This document shows positions 34,701-42,221 of a stretch of DNA of 64,000 bases, in pieces. The notes under the pieces are model-generated. The model did not search any database and had not been told where the DNA came from. It saw nothing but the letters and a program-made list of their open reading frames with translations. Each line of letters starts with the position of its first letter. Position 1 is the first letter of the stretch. The stretch comes from Macrostomum lignano (taxonomy: Eukaryota): NCBI GenBank assembly GCA_002269645.1, contig NIVC01000778.1:124001-188000 (forward strand). The letters run 5' to 3'. Made by a program: the position numbers and the translations under genes.

Positions 34701-37700
34701 AATTGTAGACAGCTGGAAAATTGTAGACAGCTAGGGAATTGTAGACAGGTGGGAAATTGTAGACAGCAGGTCAATTAAAGACAGGTAGGAAATTGTAGAG
34801 AGCATGGCAATTAAAGACGCGGCTGGGGAAATTGTAGACAGCAGAGTAATTAAAGGCAGGTAGGAAATTGTAGAGAGCATGGCAATTAAAGACGCGGCTG
34901 GGGATATTGTAGACAGCTGGGGAATTGTAGAGAGCTGGAAAAATCGTTGACAGCTAGGGAATTGTAGAGATCTGGAGAAATCGTAGACAGCTGGGGAATT
35001 GTAGAGAGCTGGGGGAATTGTAGAGAGCTGGAGAAATCGTAGACAGCTGGGGAATTGTAGAGATCTGGAGAAATCGTAGACAGCTGGGGAATTGTAGAGA
35101 GCTGGGGGAATTGTACACAGCTGGGGAAATTTAGACAGCAGGGCATTGTAGACGCAGGAGATGATCCGTATCTCGCTAAAACTACAGGATCTATTATGAC
35201 ACAAAGGCAAGATAAGTGATTTGATAATGACAGATCAAAGACCAGGGTGAAGTTACTCTACTGAAGTAAGAAATTTGTAATTCAACTCAAAATCTAACTG
35301 GTGTCTCACCTGGATCTTCCAAAGTGGTTTTGACTTTCGAAGTCTCCTGGCTAGTCGGAGCTGCATTTGTCCCAGCTGAAAAGTGGCAGTTATATCTTGA
35401 ATGCAGCTGAGCATGAGCACAAGCTAAAGTGCAAAGTATTTTGGAGTGAATGTTTGTACACAATTTGGGGAACAGTAGAAAGTTGGGGGGATTGTAGACA
35501 GTTGGGGAATTGTAAACAGCTGGTGAATTTTAAACAGCAGGGCAGTTTAAGACAAGTGGAGAAATGTAGACAGCAGGGCAATTAAAGACGGCTGGGGAAA
35601 TGTAGACAGCAGGGCAATTAAAGAGGGCTGGGGAAATGTAGACAGCAGGGCAATTAAAGAGGGCTGGGGAAATGTAGACAGCAGGGCAATTAAAGAGGGC
35701 TGGGGAAATGTAGACAGCAGGGCAATTAAAGACGGCTGGGGAAATGTAGACAGCAGGGCAATTAAAGAGGGCTGGGGAAATGTAGACAGCAGGGCAATTA
35801 AAGAGGGCTGGGGAAATGTAGACAGCAGGGCAATTAAAGACAGGTGGGGAATTTTAGACAGCTGGGGAATTTTAGACAGCTGGGGAATTTTAGACAGCTG
35901 GGGAATTGCAGACAGCTGGGAAATTGTAGACAGGATGGCAATTAAAGACAGCTGGGAAATTGTAGACAGCAGGTCAATTAAAGACAGCTGGGGACTTGTA
36001 GACAGCACGGCAATTAAAGACAGCTGGGAAATTGTAGACAGCTGGGGAATTGCAGACAGCTGGGAAATTGTAGACAGGATGGCAATTAAAGTCAGCTGGG
36101 AAATTGTGGACAGCTGGAAAATTGTAGACAGCTAGGGAATTGTAGACAGGTGGGAAATTGTAGACAGCTGGGGAATTGTAGACAGCTGGGGAATTGTAGA
36201 GAGTTAGAGAAATCGTAGACAGCTAGAGAATTGTAGAGAGCTGGGGAATCGTAGACAGGTGGGGAATTGTAAACAGCTGGAAAATTGTAGACAGCAGAGC
36301 GATTAAAAACAGGTGGGGAATTGTAGACAGAAGGGCAATTAAAGACAGCAAAGAAATTGTAGACAGCAGGCAATAGAAGACAGCTGGGGAATTGTAGACA
36401 GCTGGAAAATTGTAGACAGCTAGGGAATTGTAGACAGGTGGGAAATTGTAGACTGCTGGGGAATTGTAGACAGCAGGTCAATTAAAGACAGGTAGGAAAT
36501 TGTAGAGAGCATGGCAATTAAAGACCCGGCTGGGGAAATTGTAGACAGCAGAGTAATTAAAGACAGCTAAGAAATTAAAGACAGCGGGGCATTTGAAGAC
36601 AGCTGGGAAATTGTAGACAGCTGGGGAGTTGTAGACAGCTGGGGAATTGTAGAGAGCTGGAGAAATCGTTGACAGCTGGGGAATTGTAGAGATCTGGAGA
36701 AATCGTAGACAGCTGGGGAATTGTAGAGAGCTGGGGGAATTGTAGAGAGCTGGAGAAATCGTTGACAGCTGGGGAATTGTAGAGAGCTGGAGAAATCGTA
36801 GACAGCTGGGGAATTGTAGAGAGCTGGGGGAATTGTAGAGAGCTGGAGAAATCGTAGACAGCTGGGGAATTGTAGAGAGCTGGAGAAATCGTAGACAGCT
36901 GGGGAATTGTAGAGAGCTGGGGGAATTGTACACAGCTGGGGAAATTTAGACAGCAGGGCATTGTAGACGCAGGAGATGATCCGTATCTCGCTAAAACTAC
37001 AGGATCTATTATGACACAAAGGCAAGATAAGTGATTTGATAATGACAAATCACAGACCAGGGTGAAGTTACTCTACTGAAGTAAGAAATTTGTAATTCAA
37101 CTCAAAATCTAACTGGTTTCTCACCTGGATCTTCCAAAGTGGTTTTGACTTTCGAAGTGTCCTGGCTAGTCGGAGCTGCATTTGTCCCAGCTGAAAAGTG
37201 GCAGTTATATCTTGAATGCAGCTGAGCATGAGCACAAGCTAAAGTGCAAAGTATTTTGGAGTGAATGTTTGTACACATATTGGGGAACAGTAGAAAGTTG
37301 GGGGGGATAGTAGACAGTTGGGGAATTGTAGACAGCTGGTGAATTTTAATCAGCAAGGCAATTAAAGACAGATGGGGGATAGTAAACAGCTTTAAGAATT
37401 GTAGACAGCTGGGAAACTGTAGAGAGGTGGGGAATTGTGGACAGCAGGGCAATTAAAGACAGCTTGGGAATTGTAGACAGCTTGGGGAATTGTAGACATT
37501 TGGGGAACTGTAGACATTTGGGAGAATTGTAGACAGCTGGGGAATTGTAGACAGCTAGGGAATTGTAGACAGCTGGGGAATTGTAAACAGTTTGGGAAAT
37601 TTAGACAGCTAGGGAATTGTAAACTGTTTGGGAATTATAGACATGTTAATATGCTGAGGGAACTGTTCTGATATGATGAGAGTACTTTTTGACATGCTGA

Positions 37701-38227
37701 CAGATGAGAAAAATGCATTTATTAAAGTGGAATCAATCATGACAGGAGGACAAGAAGTCACTCGATGGTGACTGTTTACAGACCAGGGTGAAATTGATTT
37801 TCTGAAGGCCAATCGCTTCTGTCTTTCGGCGGATCCTCCTTGGTTTCCGGAGTTGCATCAGGCTCAGCTGAAAAGTGGCAGGATTATCCTGAATGCAGCT
37901 GAGCATGAGCACAAGCAAGCTAAAGCGCAAATCAAAGGCTATCAAAGTCACTCGATGGTGACTGTTCACAGACCAGGGTGAAATTGATTTTCTGAAGGCC
38001 AATCGCTTCTGTCTTTCGGCGGATCCTCCTTGGTTTCCGGAGCTGCATCAGGCTCAGCTGAAAAGTGGCAGGATTATCCTGAATGCAGCTGAGCATGAGC
38101 ACAAGCAAGCTAAAGCGCAAATCAAAGGCAACAAAAGCTACTCACATTTCTTCTTTGAGGACGGGCAGCTCAGAGCACCGTAGATGGCTGCGCTCATGCA
38201 GAACAGAAGCAGAACCGTTCGGAACAT
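10433..38227 (-). CDS. Secreted multi-WSC-domain protein gene: signal peptide, 11 Ser/Thr/Pro-rich repeat exons, 8 WSC exons with 42-nt linker micro-exons
   Basis: All identified internal exons are symmetric phase 1-1 with lengths divisible by 3, on one strand, downstream of a signal-peptide exon. That they form one transcript is inferred from phase compatibility, not shown. Confidence 0.75.
10870..10911 (-). CDS. 42-nt linker micro-exon (DEKKQGAKIYPAIP)
   Basis: TTTTCAG| ... CCTA|GTGAGT, phase 1-1. Confidence 0.8.
11321..11629 (-). CDS. WSC domain exon W2 (309 nt)
   Basis: TTTCTAG| ... CAG|GCAAGT. DSPIQCYRYYDGTGKVRLTSNEMSHLICATEC...CSYRCQQNDKQSCGSPLGIVYF. Confidence 0.9.
11760..11801 (-). 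CDS. 42-nt linker micro-exon (DEKKQGAKIYPAIP)
   Basis: Identical to 10870-10911, same splice sites. Confidence 0.8.
12216..12524 (-). CDS. WSC domain exon W3 (309 nt)
   Basis: TTTTAG| ... CAG|GCAAGT. DSPFACYLYVEYLSGPKLKSDNMSHLVCATEC...CSYRCPRNDKQSCGGPEGIVYF. Confidence 0.9.
12656..12697 (-). CDS. 42-nt linker micro-exon (DKKKQGAKVYPAIP)
   Basis: TTTTCAG| ... CCTA|GTGAGT, phase 1-1. Confidence 0.8.
13101..13418 (-). CDS. WSC domain exon W4 (318 nt)
   Basis: TTTTTAG| ... CAG|GCAAGT. SDSLKCYENPYELTKVLQSDDEMSHLVCASECVRRDLYGKKFKYFAIANGDRCFC...CGGPGGIVYF. Confidence 0.9.
13540..13581 (-). CDS. 42-nt linker micro-exon (DKFEQGAKVYPVIP)
   Basis: ATTTCAG| ... CCAG|GTGAGT, phase 1-1. Confidence 0.8.
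13673..13990 (-). CDS. WSC domain exon W5 (318 nt)
   Basis: TTGCAG| ... TTG|GTAAGC. DPIGCYSIYQGYPMAKLELINKEKMSHRVCAFEC...CLCASELP...CSIRCPASHMESCGGESGAAYF. Confidence 0.9.
14055..14527. repeat. 22-bp minisatellite CTGACATGCTGAGGGAACTGTT
   Basis: About 20 copies; short arrays of the same unit occur at ~8790-8840, ~17830-17880 and ~37645-37680. Confidence 0.95.
14886..15194 (-). CDS. WSC domain exon W6 (309 nt, most divergent)
   Basis: TTTCAG| ... CAG|GCAAGT. NISMAACAVNMMMENSD...FETCAQRCISVDLYDNYKYFFIRDDKECVCAPELP...CKGRCPRIKGSLEFCGNQDLLAFF. Confidence 0.85.
15267..15308 (-). CDS. 42-nt linker micro-exon (DTYEQGPWVTPILP)
   Basis: TATTCAG| ... CCGG|GTAAGT, phase 1-1; a diverged paralogue of the other micro-exons with the same length. 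Confidence 0.75.
15520..16410. repeat. 18-bp-family minisatellite in WSC intron
   Basis: Variants of GCTGGGGAATTGTAGACA with a local 54-bp higher-order period. Confidence 0.9.
16524..16832 (-). CDS. WSC domain exon W7 (309 nt)
   Basis: TTTTCAG| ... AAG|GCAAGA. SVFPECYDNQHDLTKVLQSNEMSHLVCASECVRRDLYGKKFKYFAITDFDTCFC...CSYRCPGNHNQSCGGDHKIAYF. Confidence 0.88.
17110..17151 (-). CDS. 42-nt linker micro-exon (DKFEQGAKVYPVIP)
   Basis: Identical to 13540-13581; ATTTCAG| ... CCAG|GTGAGT. Confidence 0.8.
17238..17570 (-). CDS. WSC domain exon W8 (333 nt)
   Basis: TTTTCAG| ... AAG|GTAATT. QSFNGIGCYLITNK...MSHRVCALECARKSPLKRYKYFGLANGDNCLC...CSYRCPGNHLQSCGGENAAAYF. Confidence 0.9.
17966..18031 (-). CDS. 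66-nt S/T/P-rich exon, divergent last copy (GTSAAPSSQETLNGKSAPEDP)
   Basis: CACTTTTCAG|CT...CCAG|GTGAGA, phase 1-1. Confidence 0.8.
19519..19584 (-). CDS. 66-nt repeat exon (GTNAAPTSQDTSKVKTTLEDP)
   Basis: TTTTCAG| ... CCAG|GTGAGA, phase 1-1. Confidence 0.75.
21676..21741 (-). CDS. 66-nt repeat exon (E variant, ...SQETSKV...)
   Basis: Same splice sites; one substitution GAC>GAG. Confidence 0.75.
23779..23844 (-). CDS. 66-nt repeat exon
   Basis: Same splice sites and sequence as 19519-19584. Confidence 0.75.
26224..26289 (-). CDS. 66-nt repeat exon
   Basis: Same splice sites and sequence as 19519-19584. Confidence 0.75.
27839..27904 (-). CDS. 66-nt repeat exon
   Basis: Same exon; donor GTGAGAAA. 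Confidence 0.75.
29814..29879 (-). CDS. 66-nt repeat exon
   Basis: Same exon; donor GTGAGAAA. Confidence 0.75.
31683..31748 (-). CDS. 66-nt repeat exon
   Basis: Same exon; donor GTGAGACA. Confidence 0.75.
33477..33542 (-). CDS. 66-nt repeat exon
   Basis: Same exon; donor GTGAGAAA. Confidence 0.75.
35310..35375 (-). CDS. 66-nt repeat exon (E variant)
   Basis: Same GAC>GAG variant as 21676-21741. Confidence 0.75.
37125..37190 (-). CDS. 66-nt repeat exon (first copy in transcript order)
   Basis: Same exon; donor GTGAGAAA. Confidence 0.75.
37776..37867 (-). CDS. Candidate alternative terminal exon, copy B (EPDATPETKEDPPKDRSDWPSENQFHPGL*)
   Basis: Acceptor CACTTTTCAG|CT shared with the 66-nt exons; phase-1 frame ends in TAA at 37776-37778. 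Confidence 0.55.
37966..38057 (-). CDS. Candidate alternative terminal exon, copy A (EPDAAPETKEDPPKDRSDWPSENQFHPGL*)
   Basis: 190-bp tandem duplicate of copy B; separated from the signal exon by an 88-nt GT-AG intron; TGA at 37966-37968. Confidence 0.6.
38146..38227 (-). CDS. First coding exon with signal peptide (MFRTVLLLFCMSAAIYGALSCPSSKKK)
   Basis: ATG at 38227, basic n-region, hydrophobic h-region, small residues near the likely cleavage site; phase-1 donor T|GTGAGT matches the phase of all downstream exons. Confidence 0.8.
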
Positions 38228-38787
38228 GCTCAGGTCGAAGCGATCAGCTGATCCACGCAGATTTTTGTTGAACTTTGAAAGGAAGGTTTCTTGTTTCTCC
38301 TAGTTGCTGTCTGATAGAGTCTTGTGAAAAGTGCAAATTCAGCTTATCGATGGTAGAAATGCTGAGAGCATTTGGGCTCGGGATCAGCAATATAAAAGGG
38401 TCCGAGTTGCTCGGTTCAGCCACAGACGCAACTGTACATCTCAGTCAGCGGGCTCTGGCCATAGACAGTTTGCATTTGCGGCAATTCAGTTGTGTATTAA
38501 AGAATGGCTAAGAGTGCACAAATTCTTGTTATAAGGGTCATGGAAATGAACTTTGCGAATCTGTACTGAAAAGTACATGTTACTACGGATTGAAAACAAA
38601 ATTTGGTTTGTGGTAAAAAGTTTCACTAAGTGTTTAAGCCGAAGCAAAGTTTGTACGATTTTTCGATTTTGAGCTAAGGTTACACATTTAAGTTTAGTTT
38701 GCACAAATTAAGTTGGAATTTGCTGCAAGCCATTTTCGGATAAGATGGAGTCCGGGTGCGAAATTCACATGTAAACATTTGGCTACT

Positions 38788-39026
38788 GGGGTGCCGTAGC
38801 CTAGTCATCCATGCTCTGGTCGTGGCGCTCTGATGTGTCAGCGGTCCAGACTCCATTCAAAGTGCAGTGGCATTAATTTGAGGCTAAATCTCGGCTTGGC
38901 TCTGCTCGTGCAATTAACGCCCAGCTTGAGGGCCAACCCCCAAGGCACAGCAAAGTGTACATGCCTAACAATAAATAAAGTTGAGGCCGCTGTACACTCC
39001 TGTGAGTGTGTGCCTGTGCGTATGAC
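38788..39026 (+). mobile_element. Dispersed repeat family A (probable tRNA-derived SINE), copy 1
   Basis: Shares core GCTAAAT..TCGGCTTGGCTCTGCTCGTGCAATTAACGCCCAGCTTGA with 51801-52035 (+) and 56666-56829 (-); degenerate tRNA-like head. Confidence 0.6.
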
Positions 39027-39384
39027 TCGTTCGAATTCAGAATCCCAGAAGCTGCAACTTCCCATTTCGACAGTGTATTTTGCTGCAAGTCCTCCAAGAG
39101 AAGCTGTACGAGTATTCGTATATGCTCGGGCTATACCTCAAGATTTGTGTGTCCCTTCTGGGAACTGGGTCGTGCAGATCCCAACTGTGAAGGTTCCGCC
39201 AATCCACCCTAGTGTACTCCTTGCCTCAGCGAGACCCACTGTAAGCAATTGAGTCGGCAAAATTTTTACCTCAAGGACCAGGTAGATAACAGATAGATGG
39301 ATTAACGCATGACTGCGGGCCTGAGGGGGAGAAAGAAAGGAAATACTGGAGAGAATGGAGCGGAGGAGGGAAGGGGAGTACGAC

Positions 39385-39992
39385 GTTTGCTTGAAGGAAT
39401 TTTGTTTGCGGAAATTTGCTTGCCGAACTTTGCTTGCAGGAATTTTGCTTGCCGGAATTTTGCTTGCCGAACTTTACTTGCAGGAACTTTGCTTGCCGAA
39501 CTTTGCTTGTCAAACTTTGCTTGAAGGAATTTTGCTTGCCGAACTTTGCTTGCAGGAATTTTGCTTGCAGGAATTTTGCTTGCAGGAATTTTGCTTGCAG
39601 GAATTTTGCTTGCAGGAATTTTGCTTGCCGAACTTTGCTTGCCGAACTTTGCTTGCCGGAATTTCGCTTGCAGGAATTTTGCTTGCAGGACTTTGCTTGC
39701 CGAACTTTGCTTGCAGGAATTTTGCTTGCCGAACTTTGCTTGCAGGAATTTGCTTGCCGAACTTTGCTTGCAGAACTTTGCTTGCAGGAATTTGCTTGCA
39801 GAACTTTGCTTGCCGAACTTTGCTTGCAGGAACTTTGCTTGCCGAACTTTGCTTGCCGAACTTTGCTTGCCGAACTTTGCTTGTCGAACTTTGCTTGCAG
39901 GAACTTTGCTTGCGGAATTTCGCCTGCCGAAGTTTGCTTGCCGAGCTTTGCTTGCCGAAGTTTGCTTGCCGAGCTTTGCTTGCAGGAATTTT
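39385..39992 (+). repeat. 14/15-bp minisatellite TTTGCTTGCCGAAC / TTTTGCTTGCAGGAA
   Basis: About 42 mixed units; the same unit recurs inverted at 40378-40672. Confidence 0.95.
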
Positions 39993-40377
39993 GATGTCTG
40001 CTTCCAAGAAATTCGCAATCACAACTGCAAGGTTTTAACTTGCCGAATTATTTTCTTGTTTGTTTGCGTTGGTATCCTTGGGTAGGAGTCATGATATGTA
40101 GCAGTTCACAGATCGGTGGTACATGTACATTCATCTGCAAAATATCTATTCTGTACATTTCGTTGCCTAGATCATTCGATATGTGCATTGTTCCAATTGT
40201 GTCCAATTTTTGTTGAAAATGTGTATTCCCATTAAAAAACTAAATTTTTCCATTTCTGCATCAGGGCTTTTCAAATCCGACATATCCTCATACAAAATCA
40301 AAACACTATAGGCGACTTCCACGAATCTTAGAAAATTTTAGAAATCTTAGAATCTTAGAACGAGGCTGGAAAACCTC

Positions 40378-40672
40378 GGCAAGCAAAGTTCGGCAAGCAA
40401 AGTTCGGCAAGCAAAGTTCGGCAAGCAAAGTTCGGCAAGCAAATTTCGGCAAGCAAAGTTCGACAAGCAAAGTTCGGCAAGCAAAGTTCGGCAAGCAAAG
40501 TTCGGCAAGCAAAGTTCGGCAAGCAAAGTTCGGCAAGCAAAGTTCGGCAAGCAAAGTTCGGCAAGCAAAGTTCGGCAAGCAAAGTTCGGCAAGCAAAGTT
40601 CGGCAAGCAAAGTTCTGCAAGCAAATTCCTGCAAGCAAAGTCCCGCAAGCAAACTTCTCGCAAGCAAATTTC
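40378..40672 (-). repeat. Inverted copy of the 14-bp minisatellite
   Basis: (GCAAGCAAAGTTCG)n is the reverse complement of the unit at 39385-39992. Confidence 0.95.
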
Positions 40673-41037
40673 ATAGACCATGGGTCACAATTGGTACCAA
40701 CTTTTGGGGTTGAGATTGAGTAAACCTTTCAGAGGTGATCCTTTTACGTTTTGCCAGACGCTAAAGGTGATGCCCAAAATGACGAAAAAGTAAAAAACTA
40801 CAAAAAAATGCTTTCAGCGGTGAGGTCAAACCTCCATTTGTTAATCCCCTATGCGCTGCTCATCAAAAATCAGCACTATCAAAATTTGAAGGACTCCTAA
40901 AGACAGCTAGGCAGCAAGTGGTGATGCAAAATTTGGCTTTATATTTCTTAACGTATACTGCAATAATTCAGTTCAATTTTGTGCTGAATATTTCAAATTA
41001 CTTTCCAGAAGTTCAACTACTCATTGCAGTTGTCAGG

Positions 41038-41502
41038 TCAGTAGTATAGCTGCGCAATAAACCTGTCCTCTCGAGCATTTTTGATCTGTTTTAAAATTTC
41101 GGCGCACAATTCTCCAGCCACTTTGTTATAAATATTGATCAGAGGACATTGCTGCGGCTCGGTATTCTTAGCAAAGGTAAATACCATTTTCGATTCATTC
41201 CTGCGCTTAATCTCAACGGAGAAGAAGTCTAAATTAGAAGCTGACAGCAGCTGATAATCCATATCGATATCGTTAATCAGGTGCAGCGGCATCAGTCGGC
41301 GCAGATTGGTACTGAGTGCTTTGGAGTACGTGGCGTCGCAGTGAATGACGCGAACAACGATTTTATTCCTGCTTACCGTGTCAGAATTCTTTGGCTGCTT
41401 TGAGTTCAGCATCTCTGCTTTGCGATGCTCAAAGATAGGCTCGTGTACTTGTGAGTTCTTTTGATACTTCTGAGAGCGTTTCTGCTTTGAAGAATGACTG
41501 GC
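41038..41502 (-). other. Non-repetitive open frame (~154 codons), orphan exon or gene fragment
   Basis: Stop-to-stop open frame ASHSSKQKRSQ...MLNSKQPKNSDTVSRNKIVVRVIHCDATYSKAL...EILKQIKNAREDRFIAQLYY*, protein-like composition, no recognised family. Confidence 0.35.
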
Positions 41503-41606
41503 TTATCAACACGAAGCTCTTCCAACAGCAATTTTCTATGGTAAAGACGCCAAATTTTGAAGGTTAAAATAACGCACTGCTTTTTCGATAGGATGAGAAA
41601 CCTACA

Positions 41607-42221
41607 GAGGATCTGGGAGACTGGCCCAGGAAATGATAATCTGGGAGGCTCGCCAATCAACAACTGAGGATCTGGGAGACTGGCCCAGCAACTGAGGATT
41701 TGAGAGGCTGGCCCAGCAACTGAGGATCTGGGAGGCTGGCACAGCAACTGAGGATCTGGGAGACTGGCCCAGGAAATGAGAATCTGGGAGGCTCGCCAAT
41801 CAACAACTGAGGATCTGGGAGACTGGCCCAGCAACTGAGGATTTGAGAGGCTGGCCCAGCAACTGAGGATCTGGGAGGCTGGCACAGCAACTGAGGATCT
41901 GGGAGGCTGGCCCAGCAACCGAGGATTTGGGAGGCTGGCACAGCAATTGAGGATCTGGGAGGCTGGCACAGCAACTGAGGATTTGGGAGGCTGGCACAGC
42001 AACTGAGGATCTGGGAGGCTGGCTAATCAACAACTGAGGATCTGGGAGACTGGCCCAGCAACTGAGGATTTGGGAGGCTGGCACAGCCACTGAGGATCTG
42101 GGAGGCTGTCCCAGCGACTGAGGATTTGGGAGGCTGGCACAGCAACTGAGGATCTGGGAGGCTGTCCCAGCGACTGAGGATTTGGGAGGCTGGCACAGCA
42201 ACTGAGGATTTGGGAGGCTGG
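41607..42221. repeat. 28-bp satellite array (same family as 5568-6953)
   Basis: GAGGAT(C/T)TGGGAGGCTGGC(C/A)CAGCAACT units ending exactly at the LTR TG. Confidence 0.95.

Larger units (their letters stand above)
18125..37620. repeat. ~19.5 kb hierarchical satellite (18-bp monomer; 36/37-bp dimers; 1.55-2.45 kb exon-bearing units)
   Basis: Monomer GCTGGGGAATTGTAGACA with derived blocks GACGGCTGGGGAAATGTAGACAGCAGGGCAATTAAA (36) and AGCTGGAGAAATCGTAGACAGCTGGGGAATTGTAGAG (37). It is interrupted ten times by a ~340-bp non-satellite cassette carrying the 66-nt exon. Confidence 0.95.

Noticed and set aside
17943-37452. Dozens of LQFPS/STIPQ/DSWGI ORFs and the recurring + strand SQLKSGSYILNAAEHEH ORF
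   Set aside because: Satellite translations and antisense shadows of the cassette intron; only the 66-nt splice-bounded segments have exon signals.
18125-37620. Repeat-spacer pattern suggestive of a CRISPR-like array
   Set aside because: The interrupting cassettes are near-identical to each other rather than unique spacers, and they carry splice sites.
39271-40681. ORFs of LLAGI/NFACR/KQSSASK repeats
   Set aside because: Products of the 14/15-bp minisatellite in all frames.
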